From positions 13,746-44,085 of the forward strand of contig JBKBOT010000001.1 in assembly GCA_046293555.1 (NCBI GenBank): 30,340 bases of DNA, in the 5' to 3' direction. A program made the translations under genes and the position numbers. This stretch comes from Pyrobaculum sp. Its GTDB lineage: Archaea > Thermoproteota > Thermoprotei > Thermoproteales > Thermoproteaceae. Under the pieces are notes generated by a model. The model worked only from the letters and a program-made list of their open reading frames with translations, was not told the DNA's origin and made no database searches. Positions 17,501 through 26,510 of this stretch are shown here, in pieces. Position 1 is the stretch's first letter; every line of letters begins with the position of its first letter.

Positions 17501-18736
17501 ATGTCTTTCACCTATCCCGACGCCATTATCTCCACCGCTGGGCATGTAGACCACGGGAAGACGCAAGTTACCTACGCGCTATCTGGGACGTGGGTTATGA
17601 GACATAGCGAGGAGATTAAAAAGGCTATGACCATAAAGCTGGGCTATACCCAGATAGGTATTTACGACTGCGGTGTGGAGTATTTCTACTCAGACGGCAT
17701 ACTTCAAGGCCAGAGATGTCCCAACGGGGCTGAGCCCAAGCTGGTAAGGAGGGTCTCTCTACTCGACGTGCCGGGACACGAGGTGTTAGTGGCGACAATG
17801 GTCTCCGGCGCTGCTGTGGTAGATGGCGCCATCTTGGTGGTAGACTCCTCCCAGCCCGTCCCCCAGCCCCAGACGTTAGAACACTTCACGGTGTTAGACA
17901 TAATAGGGGTGAGACACCTGGTGGTAGCTCAAAACAAGATAGACCTAGTCACAAGGGAGAAGGCTCTGGAGAATTACGAACAGATAAGGTCCTTTCTCGC
18001 CGGCACCTGGGCCGAGAGGGCAAAAATTGTGCCGGTATCTGCATTACATAAGGTAAATATAGACGCCTTGGCGACATATGTCGCAAAGACGATACCAAAG
18101 AGAGAGGGGGATCTGGGGAGGCCCGCCAAGCTTTTAGTTTTGAGAAGTTTTAATGTCAACCTGCCGGGCACCCCGCCGGAGAAGCTCAGAGGCGGAGTTC
18201 TCGGCGGCACGTTAGTACAGGGGGTGTTGAGAGTAGGCGACGAGATTGAAATTAGGCCAGGCCTAAAGATAGATAAGCCCAAGCCGGGGTACCAGCCCAT
18301 ATATACAAAAGTGCTCAGTATTGAGTACAGCGGCTATAAGGTAGACGAGGCGAGACCCGGGGGGCTCGTGGGGGTTATGACCGGCCTAGACCCAGCTCTC
18401 ACAAAGGCAGATGCCCTCTCGGGCGTGGTTGCCGGAAAGCCAGGCACGTTGCCGCCAGTGTGGACTTCTATAGAGATTGAAGCTAAGCCCATGCCTAGAG
18501 CTGCTGAGGGCAAACTTGAGCCCTTTAGACAAAACGAGACCGTGCTCGTGGCCGCAGGCCCGGCTACAGTTTTCGGCATTGTGCAATCCGTAAGGAAAGA
18601 CGTGGTGACAGTCGCGCTTAAGAAGGCCATATGTGTTGAACAGGGGTCTAAAGCCGTGTTGATTAGACAGGTGAGAAATAGGTGGATTGTGACAAACTAC
18701 GGCGTGTTGAGAGGGGGAACTGTGGCGCTTGAATAG
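17501..18736 (+). CDS. eif2g: Translation initiation factor 2 subunit gamma
   Basis: GHVDHGKT, HSEEIKKAMTIKLGY, DVPGHE, PQPQTLEH, QNKID and RSFNVNLPG. Start at 17501 or 17492. Confidence 0.95.
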   Translation: MSFTYPDAIISTAGHVDHGKTQVTYALSGTWVMRHSEEIKKAMTIKLGYTQIGIYDCGVEYFYSDGILQGQRCPNGAEPKLVRRVSLLDVPGHEVLVATMVSGAAVVDGAILVVDSSQPVPQPQTLEHFTVLDIIGVRHLVVAQNKIDLVTREKALENYEQIRSFLAGTWAERAKIVPVSALHKVNIDALATYVAKTIPKREGDLGRPAKLLVLRSFNVNLPGTPPEKLRGGVLGGTLVQGVLRVGDEIEIRPGLKIDKPKPGYQPIYTKVLSIEYSGYKVDEARPGGLVGVMTGLDPALTKADALSGVVAGKPGTLPPVWTSIEIEAKPMPRAAEGKLEPFRQNETVLVAAGPATVFGIVQSVRKDVVTVALKKAICVEQGSKAVLIRQVRNRWIVTNYGVLRGGTVALE

Positions 18737-18737
18737 C

Positions 18738-18795
18738 GGCTCAGCCCGCGGAATATATCTCACTGGTCAATAGGGGGCAAGTCGTCTTCACAGCC
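18738..18795 (-). ncRNA. Box C/D methylation guide sRNA
   Basis: Minus strand: GGCT-GTGAAGA(C)-CGACTTGCCCCCTA-TTGA(D')-CCA-GTGAGA(C')-TATATTCCGCGGG-CTGA(D)-GCC, with a short terminal stem. Confidence 0.8.
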
Positions 18796-18821
18796 TTAAT
18801 AGATAATAACAACTCTACTTT

Positions 18822-19295
18822 ATGTGTGTTCTCCGCGTCTGGCCCCCTGGGGGGGAGGAGTGGGCGGCTGTGGGGGTGTTGCTATGGGGAGACAAGATGC
18901 TTTTGATTAGACGTGTGGAGAGAGATGGAGATCCGTGGTCTGGACAGGTGGCATTCCCCGGCGGGAGGTGGAGGCCTGGAGAAGACCTGCTAGATACGGC
19001 AAGAAGAGAGGTGGAGGAGGAGACGGGGCTGAGGCCACTTGGGCTGTTTGGAGTGTTGGACCCCCAGAGTCCCAGCAATGCGCCGTGGCTCAAGGTGGTG
19101 CCCTTCCTGTTTACAGAATGGGAGGGGGACCTGAGGGTCAACCCGGGGGAGGTACAGGAGGCGCGGTGGGTGTCACGCGGCGAGTTGGCGGAGTGGCAGT
19201 GGGGAGACAGGCCTGCATTTAAGGCAGGCAGCTGGATCATCTGGGGTCTTACCTACAGGATTTTAAAAAGGCTTTTTGATTGCAACGTGTTTTAA
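18822..19295 (+). CDS. Nudix hydrolase, CoA-pyrophosphatase-like
   Basis: WSGQVAFPGG, Nudix box (ARREVEEETG) and IWGLT. Confidence 0.88.
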   Translation: MCVLRVWPPGGEEWAAVGVLLWGDKMLLIRRVERDGDPWSGQVAFPGGRWRPGEDLLDTARREVEEETGLRPLGLFGVLDPQSPSNAPWLKVVPFLFTEWEGDLRVNPGEVQEARWVSRGELAEWQWGDRPAFKAGSWIIWGLTYRILKRLFDCNVF

Positions 19296-19323
19296 GTTTA
19301 TATAATTAGGTCGGGGGATATAT

Positions 19324-20364
19324 GTGGCCTGCGAGCTAGAGGCCGTGGGGCGTTTCCACGTGTTGGAAGGACCGCGGGTGAAAATTAGGGCGTCTGCCGC
19401 CCGGGCGCTAGTGGAGAGACACTACGGCGTCGTGGGGCACGCCGCCGTGGAGCTCTGTAGGTGGACTAAAGAGGCGATGGGGGGAGGCAAGTCTTGCTAC
19501 AAGGTGAAGTTTTACAACGCGCCGGCTGGGGGGTCACATAGATGTGTAGAGATGAGCCCAGCGGGTCTAATATGTAGCAACCGTTGTGTCTACTGCTGGA
19601 GACCTACAGAGGAGTTTGACGTAATTGAGCTAGAGGGGAGGCACTACATGGAGCCAGAGGAGATCATAAGGGGGGTGTTAGAAGAAAGGAGGAGGTTGCT
19701 GTCTGGCTACTGGGGCCACCCACAGGGGCGGTTGAGGATTAAAGAGGCGCTTACGCCAACCCACTGGGCCATCTCGCTCTCCGGAGAGCCCGCCATGTAC
19801 CCCAAGTTACCTCAGCTAATTAAAGCCATAAGATCTCTTCCGCACACTAAGTCCATATTTCTTGTGACAAATGGACAACATCCAGAAATGTTGAGAAGAC
19901 TTATGGAAGAAGACGCCCTGCCCACACAGCTGTATCTCTCCACAAATGCCCCCAACGAGGAGCTGTACTACAGGATAAACGTGCCGGTAGCCCATAGAGA
20001 AGAGGCGTGGAGACGCTGGCTGGAGTCTCTAGACCTGTTGGCCAAGATGCCCACTAGGACGGTCCTCAGGATAACTCTAATCCGTAGCCTAAATTACGAC
20101 GGGAGATATATCCCACAGTTTGCACAAATTGTAAAGAGGGGCAGCCCCCATTTTGTGGAGATAAAGAGCTATATGTACCTAGGCCACTCCACATATAGGC
20201 TAGAGAGAGGAGACATGTTGACACATGAGGAGGTTAGAGAGTGGGCCCTCAAGCTGTTAAAAGAGCTGCCCGGATTTAAGTACATGGACGACGACGAGCC
20301 AAGCCGTATTGTGGTGTTACAAAACGTGGAGAGATATGTGGACAGATGGATAGTGCCGCCTTGA
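19324..20364 (+). CDS. taw1: 4-demethylwyosine synthase (radical SAM, TYW1/Taw1)
   Basis: C..CYK..FY, SHRCVEMSP, CSNRCVYCWR, AISLSGEP, LVTNG and EIKSYM.LG.S. Confidence 0.93.
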   Translation: MACELEAVGRFHVLEGPRVKIRASAARALVERHYGVVGHAAVELCRWTKEAMGGGKSCYKVKFYNAPAGGSHRCVEMSPAGLICSNRCVYCWRPTEEFDVIELEGRHYMEPEEIIRGVLEERRRLLSGYWGHPQGRLRIKEALTPTHWAISLSGEPAMYPKLPQLIKAIRSLPHTKSIFLVTNGQHPEMLRRLMEEDALPTQLYLSTNAPNEELYYRINVPVAHREEAWRRWLESLDLLAKMPTRTVLRITLIRSLNYDGRYIPQFAQIVKRGSPHFVEIKSYMYLGHSTYRLERGDMLTHEEVREWALKLLKELPGFKYMDDDEPSRIVVLQNVERYVDRWIVPP

Positions 20365-20792
20365 TGACATACGACGAGATTTCGGCAGGCGTTGTGGTGT
20401 TCTACAGGGGGGGAGAGGTGGAGTACCTCCTGCTTCACTACCCGGCGGGCCATTGGGATTTCCCAAAGGGAAATATAGAGCCGGGCGAGAGCCCAGAGGG
20501 GGCTGCCTTAAGAGAGGTAAGAGAGGAGACGGGGCTTGAGGTAAAGCTGTTAGATGGATTTAAGGAGGAGATAGAATATATATACGTCAAGGGGGGTAGA
20601 AGGGTGAGGAAAAAGGTGGTTTTCTTCCTCGGGGAGGCTGGCAGCAAAGAGGTAAGGCTAAGTTGGGAACATAAGGGCTATATATGGCTCCCCTTCGAGA
20701 AGGCGTTAGCCCGTCTGACTTATAAAAACTCGAGGCAGGTGTTGACAAGAGCCAATAGGTACATCAAGGCCTTCTCTCAAGGCGTCTTGTAA
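20364..20792 (+). CDS. Nudix hydrolase, asymmetric Ap4A hydrolase-like
   Basis: [18 protein letters not shown] and LSWEH. ATG 20364 is coupled to the taw1 stop (TGATG). Confidence 0.85.
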   Translation: MTYDEISAGVVVFYRGGEVEYLLLHYPAGHWDFPKGNIEPGESPEGAALREVREETGLEVKLLDGFKEEIEYIYVKGGRRVRKKVVFFLGEAGSKEVRLSWEHKGYIWLPFEKALARLTYKNSRQVLTRANRYIKAFSQGVL

Positions 20793-22131
20793 TCTCCCTC
20801 ACTTCTTTGAGACATTTCTCAATTTCGTCACCTGGCGGCACAACGTCTTGCATAACCCCACGTAGGAACTCGTCATATGCCGACAGGTCTAACAAGCCGT
20901 GTCCCGAGAGATTAAAGAGTATGGCCACCTCCTGCCCCCTCCTCCTGGCCTCTAAAGCCAGATCTATAGCGGCCTTGACGGCATGTGCCGACTCCGGCGC
21001 TGGGATAAACCCCTCCGTGGTGGCGAAAAGCTTGGCCGCCTCAAATACCTCCCTCTGGCCGTAGGCCACTGTCTCCACCTCTCTATGTTTGACTAACAGC
21101 GAAAGCGTGGGGGCGCAGCCGTGGTATCTCAGCCCTCCTGCATGTATTGGAGGCGGCTTGTACGTATGGCCTATGGTGTACATTTTTATCAACGGCGTGA
21201 GTCCAACCGTATCGCCGAAGTCGTATAGATACTCGCCTCTAGTGAGTGTAGGCACCGCGGCGGGCTCTACCGCGACAAACCTCACCTCTTTTTCCGCCTT
21301 CCCCACCTTCTTCTCGTAGTAAAACGGCCAGAAGAGGCCAGAGAAAGAGCTCCCCCCGCCGCATGCCCCCACCACGTAGTCTGGATAGTCTCCAAATTGG
21401 CGTATTTGCTCCAGTGCCTCCAGCCCTATTACCGTCTGGTGTATCAACACGTGGTTGAGGACAGAGCCTAGGACGTATTTAGCCCCGCTCTTTACGGCGT
21501 CTTCCACAGCCTCCGAGATGGCTATACCCAACGAGCCGGGGTGTTGAGAATCCTCGCTGAGGAGCCTCCTTCCGGCTTCAGTCCTGTCGCTAGGGCTTGG
21601 CACCACCTCTGCCCCCCAGAGCTCCATTAACACGCGGCGATAGGGCTTTTGTAAATAGGAGGCTCTCACCATATAGACAGTGGCCTTTACCCCAAAAAAC
21701 GACGCGGCGAAAGCCACCGAGGAGCCCCACTGGCCGGCGCCTGTCTCTGTGGTCACTCTCCCCACGCCCTCTTTAGCCACGTAATACAGCTGCGGCACTG
21801 CGGTATTGGGCTTGTGGCTCCCCGGTGGCGACACGCCTTCAAACTTGTAGTAAATCCGGGCGGGGGTTTTCAACGCCTCTTCCAGGCGGCGTGCCCTCAT
21901 TAATGGCGTTGGCCTCCAGATTAGATATACCTCCCGCACCTCTTTAGGTATGGCGATCCACCTCTCCTGTGAGAACTCCTGCCGCACTAACTCTTTGGCG
22001 AATAACACCTCAAATTCCGGCGGCTTTACCGGCTCGCCGTTTGGTTTTAAATACGGCGGGAGGGGGCTAGGCAGGTCTGGCGCTATGTTATACCAACGGG
22101 TGGGGACTAGCCACTCCTCTAGCGCACGCAT
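20764..22131 (-). CDS. trpB2: Tryptophan synthase beta chain 2 (TrpB2)
   Basis: [17 protein letters not shown] (PLP Lys), [25 protein letters not shown] and NLSGHG. Confidence 0.93.
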   Translation of the reverse strand: MRALEEWLVPTRWYNIAPDLPSPLPPYLKPNGEPVKPPEFEVLFAKELVRQEFSQERWIAIPKEVREVYLIWRPTPLMRARRLEEALKTPARIYYKFEGVSPPGSHKPNTAVPQLYYVAKEGVGRVTTETGAGQWGSSVAFAASFFGVKATVYMVRASYLQKPYRRVLMELWGAEVVPSPSDRTEAGRRLLSEDSQHPGSLGIAISEAVEDAVKSGAKYVLGSVLNHVLIHQTVIGLEALEQIRQFGDYPDYVVGACGGGSSFSGLFWPFYYEKKVGKAEKEVRFVAVEPAAVPTLTRGEYLYDFGDTVGLTPLIKMYTIGHTYKPPPIHAGGLRYHGCAPTLSLLVKHREVETVAYGQREVFEAAKLFATTEGFIPAPESAHAVKAAIDLALEARRRGQEVAILFNLSGHGLLDLSAYDEFLRGVMQDVVPPGDEIEKCLKEVREITRRLERRP

Positions 22132-22178
22132 ATATAGAAAATCGGCCCACTATATAAACATGCAGCAGAGATGTGGTG

Positions 22179-22787
22179 ATGTTTAGAAGTAGGAAGGAGC
22201 TAGAGCTCTTTGTGGAGTCAATACCCACTTTTAAGAAGCCTAAGCTACATTTAGAACAATACCCAACAGACGCGGCGCTGGTGGCCACGGCCGTGTGGGA
22301 TGCCCACATGAGGGGCCTACTTCACACAGTGTTAGATCTAGGCTGTGGCACCGGGAGGTTTGCCATATCCGCGGCAGCCACGGGCGCGACATATGTCTTA
22401 TGTGTCGACATAGATCCAGAGGCGTTATTACTCGCAAAAAGGGCGGCGGAGCGATTTGGCCTAGAGGCAGTGGATTTCCTAACTGCCCACGTGGCCCGGC
22501 TATATGTGAGAAGGAGGTTTTCTGTAGTTTTCCAAAACCCCCCATTTGGCATTTGGGGCGAGAGGGGTGTCGACATCTCTTTCCTCAAGGCCGCAGTTAC
22601 ACACGGCGAGGTGGTATACACAATACACAAGTTAGCCACCTTAGACCACATAAAGAGGACTGTGGAGAGGTGGGGCCTCAGGCTGGAGGTGGTGGAGAGG
22701 TCCACATTAGCCATAAAGCCCATGTATAGACACCACAGGAAGAGGATACATAGGGTAGAGGTCTTTCTAGCGGTGGTAAAAACTTAA
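22179..22787 (+). CDS. METTL5-like (COG2263) SAM-dependent N6-adenine RNA methyltransferase
   Basis: PKLHLEQYPT, DLGCGTG, NPPFG, YTIH and HHRK. Start at 22179 (ATG) or 22173 (GTG). Confidence 0.85.
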   Translation: MFRSRKELELFVESIPTFKKPKLHLEQYPTDAALVATAVWDAHMRGLLHTVLDLGCGTGRFAISAAATGATYVLCVDIDPEALLLAKRAAERFGLEAVDFLTAHVARLYVRRRFSVVFQNPPFGIWGERGVDISFLKAAVTHGEVVYTIHKLATLDHIKRTVERWGLRLEVVERSTLAIKPMYRHHRKRIHRVEVFLAVVKT

Positions 22788-22809
22788 ATGCCAAAAAGCC
22801 TGGGTCTCT

Positions 22810-23811
22810 GTGGTGCACATCCCCGTGGAGGTCAGAAGGAGGGTCGCCAAGAGGACAGCCACAGTGTTTGTATTTATCCTTATGGCTTTTCTAATAGCCT
22901 CTATTGTCCTAGCGCTTTCTATATACTCCTTACCTGCGGGGGTTGTGGCTGTGGTGGTAGACCCAGTGTCAGGCACTGTAAGCAAGCCGGCGATAGGGCC
23001 CGCGTTGGGCTTTAAGGCGCCCTGGGCTTACCTCATTGAGGACACATACGCCATTGAGGTAGTGGAGTTTGTACAAGTGGAGAGAGGGGCCGGCAGGTGG
23101 GAGTTCTCCGCGCCGGTGGTCCTCACAAAAGACGGCGTGACTGTAACAGTAGAGATGGTGGTGCGGTATAGAATCAAGCCAGAGCGTTTTGACGAGCTGG
23201 TCAAGAAGTTCCCCCAAGTTGATTATGACGACAAGGTTCTCGTCCCCAAGGCGAGACAGTTGGTGAGAGACATAATATCTAAGGCCACGTTGGATTACCT
23301 CATTGAGAACAGAGACGTGATTGCAAAACAGATAGAACAACAGTACCGCGAGGCTATTGAACAAGACCCCGCCCTCGCGGGGCTGGTGGATATTCTCGAC
23401 GTCAACGTCCTTAACTTCATCTTGCCGCAGCAGGTCACCGACGCCATAAACAGAAAGGTGGCGGCATATCAAGACGCCATTAGGGCCCAGTTCGAGAGGC
23501 AGAGGGTGGAGGAGCTGGCGCGGGCTAACTTCACCAGGACGGTACTGGCGGCGCAGGCCGAGGCTAACGCCACAATTACGAGAGCCAAGGCGCAGGCCAT
23601 GCAGATATCGCTTGTGGCAAACGCCACCAGGGCCGCCATTGAGATGTTAATTAAGGCGGCTGGCGCCAACGCCACAGAGGCCGTGCGGCTTGCCGAGCTG
23701 TATATATACCTAAGCGGCTTGAGGGAAGTGGCGCAGCTTGGCAACGTGCAGATTGTGGCCATCAGTGGGGGAGGGGGACAGGTGGTGCCGGTGATACCGC
23801 TCGCCAGATGA
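22810..23811 (+). CDS. SPFH / prohibitin (band 7) family membrane protein
   Basis: N-terminal TM, TKDGVTVTVEMVVRYRI, AINRKVAA and an Ala-rich coiled coil. Confidence 0.85.
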   Translation: MVHIPVEVRRRVAKRTATVFVFILMAFLIASIVLALSIYSLPAGVVAVVVDPVSGTVSKPAIGPALGFKAPWAYLIEDTYAIEVVEFVQVERGAGRWEFSAPVVLTKDGVTVTVEMVVRYRIKPERFDELVKKFPQVDYDDKVLVPKARQLVRDIISKATLDYLIENRDVIAKQIEQQYREAIEQDPALAGLVDILDVNVLNFILPQQVTDAINRKVAAYQDAIRAQFERQRVEELARANFTRTVLAAQAEANATITRAKAQAMQISLVANATRAAIEMLIKAAGANATEAVRLAELYIYLSGLREVAQLGNVQIVAISGGGGQVVPVIPLAR

Positions 23812-24143
23812 GATATCTCCAGGCGGCGTTAATAGTAGTGGTCTTCACGCTGGCGGCCTCCATAGCGTTTCCAAGAATTGCGCCTATAGCTCTCCGCGTG
23901 GGGTTAATCGCTTTGATAATTATAGCTGCGTTTTGGATATATCACACAATTACCCACAGGCCGCCCCCGCTGGCCTCTAGAGCTCTCGAGTTAATTAAAG
24001 CCAGGGGGCCGATCTCGAAGAGGGAAGTTATACAACATCTAGACGCCGACCTTGAAGAGGTAGAGAGAGCTCTCGACTATTTGGCAAAAAGGGGGGCAGT
24101 TAGACGGTTTGAAAAAAATGGCGTTGAGTATTACGACGTCTAG
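23808..24143 (+). CDS. Membrane protein with two TM helices and a C-terminal winged-helix-like domain
   Basis: Two hydrophobic helices, then ALELIKARGPISKREVIQHL...VERALDYLAKRGAV. ATGA coupling to the SPFH gene. Confidence 0.65.
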   Translation: MRYLQAALIVVVFTLAASIAFPRIAPIALRVGLIALIIIAAFWIYHTITHRPPPLASRALELIKARGPISKREVIQHLDADLEEVERALDYLAKRGAVRRFEKNGVEYYDV

Positions 24144-24610
24144 GAGACGTTTAACGTCGCCGTGCCGTCATACCGCAGGTAGCCCGTCTTCCCAAAAGTC
24201 TTCACGATGGCAACATACCGGCCGTTATAGTACCAAATTGACACCATCTCGCTGCCAGTATAGACTACCAGCCTGGCTGCCTCAAGCCCGATGACGCCCC
24301 TAACGCTCTTAGCCACATATCTAACTCCCCCAAGCGTCACCTCTCCACCTCCATATACCACCTTGCCGTAAGGCGAAGAGGCGTTTCTATTCACAATGTC
24401 TACAGTAAATGCCGCCTGTATGTCATCGCCTACTATAGAGACTTGTCTAGTGGCGACATATAGCGTGGTGTTAGCAATCCAGCAGGCAGACATCCCATAT
24501 GCCTGCGGGCCAGGGGGAGTCCCGCCCCGCCAGCCGTGAGCATATGCCAATTGCAGTGCGGCGATCGCCAGCGTTAGTGTTACAGCCAGCGTGACTATTT
24601 TCCACCTCAT
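24140..24610 (-). CDS. Secreted hypothetical beta-rich protein, paralogue A
   Basis: Signal peptide ending LAYA; strongly similar to 25772-26251. Confidence 0.75.
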   Translation of the reverse strand: MRWKIVTLAVTLTLAIAALQLAYAHGWRGGTPPGPQAYGMSACWIANTTLYVATRQVSIVGDDIQAAFTVDIVNRNASSPYGKVVYGGGEVTLGGVRYVAKSVRGVIGLEAARLVVYTGSEMVSIWYYNGRYVAIVKTFGKTGYLRYDGTATLNVS

Positions 24611-24695
24611 GTATAGGCCTTACGCCTTGCTTTAAATACTAGACTCACCTGAAGTGAATAGCGGGTGAAGTATATTTATGGGCCTTATTTATGTC

Positions 24696-25250
24696 GTGAG
24701 GGGTTGGGTGAAAGATCTGGCGTGGCTTCTGGCCATATTGATAGCCCTGGTGGCCTACTCGTCAGCTACTGGGGTGGCCTGGCCTATTGCGGTGGTGTCG
24801 TCTTACTCCATGGAGCCCACGCTTAGGTTGGGCGACTTTATTCTCCTCATGTCTGCCTCCTGTAATTCCATACAGCCCGGCGAGATTATAGTATACGTGG
24901 CGAGACACCCCCTATGGGCCGGGAGCTGGATAATACATAGGGTGTATAAAAAAGAGGGCTGTTCCATATACACATGGGGGGATAACAACAATATGCCGGA
25001 CCAGGCGGCGGGAGAGCCCCCAGTGGTGAACAACGTGGTGGGAAAAGTGGCGGTTGTGGTGCCCTACGTGGGGGTGTTTCCACTAGTCGTCAGACCACAG
25101 GGAGTGGGGCTAGAGGCCGTGGCCACATGGCTGGGGAGGATGGCTGTGTTCTTTTTGTTAACTTACGGCTTTTATCACTACTTCAAACAGCCAGATAGGA
25201 GAAAGAAGGGCCTCAAAAAATTTAATATAGGTAGAAAATCGCCAGTATGA
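24696..25250 (+). CDS. Signal peptidase I (archaeal S26B / Sec11 type)
   Basis: VSSYSMEPTL, IIHRV and WGDNN...D. Start at GTG 24696 or ATG 24678. Confidence 0.9.
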   Translation: MRGWVKDLAWLLAILIALVAYSSATGVAWPIAVVSSYSMEPTLRLGDFILLMSASCNSIQPGEIIVYVARHPLWAGSWIIHRVYKKEGCSIYTWGDNNNMPDQAAGEPPVVNNVVGKVAVVVPYVGVFPLVVRPQGVGLEAVATWLGRMAVFFLLTYGFYHYFKQPDRRKKGLKKFNIGRKSPV

Positions 25251-25666
25251 AATACAGGCTGATGGACGTCCTGGCTTGTCCCTATGACAAGACCTTTCCC
25301 CTACGGCTTGTGGTTTTAAAGAGGGGGGAACATCCAGAACGTCAATACACCTGGCCCAGGAAGCCCTTCTGCGAGGAGTACTGCTCATACCGTGACCTCA
25401 GGGTTAAAGATCACCCAAAGCCGGACAGCCTCCCCTGTGAGGAGTGCCACAAGTGGGAAATCGAGACTGGAGTTATCTACTGCCCGTCATGCGGCAGGTG
25501 GTACCCCATAATTGAGGAAATTCCGCGAATGCTGCCAGACGAGTTAAGAAACGAGAAGGAGGAGTTAGCCTTCCTGGAGTCTATAGCCGAGGATTTAAGA
25601 CGCGTCGCGCCAGACGTCGCAGAAAAGGTGGCAAAAAGCGGAAAGCCTTTTGCCTTGAAACAATAA
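25247..25666 (+). CDS. Trm112-family methyltransferase activator (Zn-binding)
   Basis: MKYRLMDVLACP, CPSCGRWYPII..IPRMLPD; coupled to the signal peptidase (ATGA). Confidence 0.85.
   Translation: MKYRLMDVLACPYDKTFPLRLVVLKRGEHPERQYTWPRKPFCEEYCSYRDLRVKDHPKPDSLPCEECHKWEIETGVIYCPSCGRWYPIIEEIPRMLPDELRNEKEELAFLESIAEDLRRVAPDVAEKVAKSGKPFALKQ
25512..25586 (+). repeat. 75-bp direct repeat, copy 1 (inside trm112)
   Basis: TTGAGGAAATTCCGCGAATG...TTCCTGGAGTCTATAG, identical to 26436-26510. Confidence 0.95.
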
Positions 25667-25759
25667 AGCCACGTCGGCAACCTGATCCCCGCCCAGGCAT
25701 TACTCTTTCACAACAGAACAAGTATCCACCTCGACCTTAATATCAACAAGGAGGTTAAG

Positions 25760-25770
25760 AGAAAAAAAGA
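25760..25770 (-). terminator. Oligo-T terminator candidate after secreted paralogue B
   Basis: TCTTTTTTTCT on the minus strand immediately after the stop codon at 25772. Confidence 0.45.
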
Positions 25771-25771
25771 T

Positions 25772-26251
25772 TTAGTCGATTGTATATGTGGCTACTCCGC
25801 CATATTTCTCAAATCCCGGCTTTCCGAAAGTCCTAATTTCTACTACATAGCTCCCATTGTAATATCGAATTTCCACCAGTTCTCTACCGGTGTATATCTC
25901 AAGTTTTGCGCCATCTCTCCCCGCCCTGCCCTCTATAGACTTAACTACATATCGAACGCCGTTGATCACCACATCTCCACTTCCATACACCACTTTGCCA
26001 TAAGGCAGGTTGGGGTCAGGCGTCAAAACGTCTACCGTAAGATCTACAGTAATTCTATCGCCGACGATACTTAAGCGAGCTGTCTTAACGTAGAGCGTGA
26101 CGTTGGCCCACGCCGGCTGCTTTTTTGACGCTGCCGCCCATGGGGGAGGCCCCCCGGCTTTCGGCACCCCAGAGGCATACGCCGCCTGTATGGTCAACAG
26201 AACTGCCGCCACTACCGCCGCCACAGCCACAACTTTTGTCAACAAAGCCAT
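25772..26251 (-). CDS. Secreted hypothetical beta-rich protein, paralogue B
   Basis: Start at ATG 26251 (MALLTKVVAVAAVVAAVLLTIQAAYA signal peptide) with TTTATA just upstream; shares LYV.T..SIVGD, PYGKVVYG.G, GVRYV.KS, YYNG.Y and TFGK.G with paralogue A. Confidence 0.75.
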   Translation of the reverse strand: MALLTKVVAVAAVVAAVLLTIQAAYASGVPKAGGPPPWAAASKKQPAWANVTLYVKTARLSIVGDRITVDLTVDVLTPDPNLPYGKVVYGSGDVVINGVRYVVKSIEGRAGRDGAKLEIYTGRELVEIRYYNGSYVVEIRTFGKPGFEKYGGVATYTID

Positions 26252-26435
26252 GATATCTATAAGTTGTATAAATATGTGTCTTACGTCGAGAGCTGCGCTA
26301 GTGGCCCCAGCCTCTAGCAGTAGACGCCCGACAATCTTCAGTGGGCTATCTGCGGGGCGCACGGCTCAAGCTTTGGAGATACGTATGGCGAGCTATTTAA
26401 CGATTACTTCAAGCTAGAGAGGCCGGGCGGCAGGC

Positions 26436-26510
26436 TTGAGGAAATTCCGCGAATGCTGCCAGACGAGTTAAGAAACGAGAAGGAGGAGTTAGCCTTCCTG
26501 GAGTCTATAG
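26436..26510 (+). repeat. 75-bp direct repeat, copy 2 (trm112 fragment), bounded by AGGCTTGA direct repeats
   Basis: Identical to 25512-25586; AGGCTTGA at 26432-26439 and 26509-26516. Confidence 0.95.

Noticed and set aside
24644-24669. TCACCTG...CGGGTGA hairpin with CTGA/GTGA boxes
   Set aside because: Too short, lacks a full C/D layout and lies within divergent promoter DNA.
25667-25760. Intergenic stretch examined for a C/D sRNA
   Set aside because: No C box with correctly spaced D'/D boxes on either strand.
26252-26362. 37-aa N-terminal extension of ORF 25772-26362
   Set aside because: The signal peptide and TATA position indicate a start at 26251.
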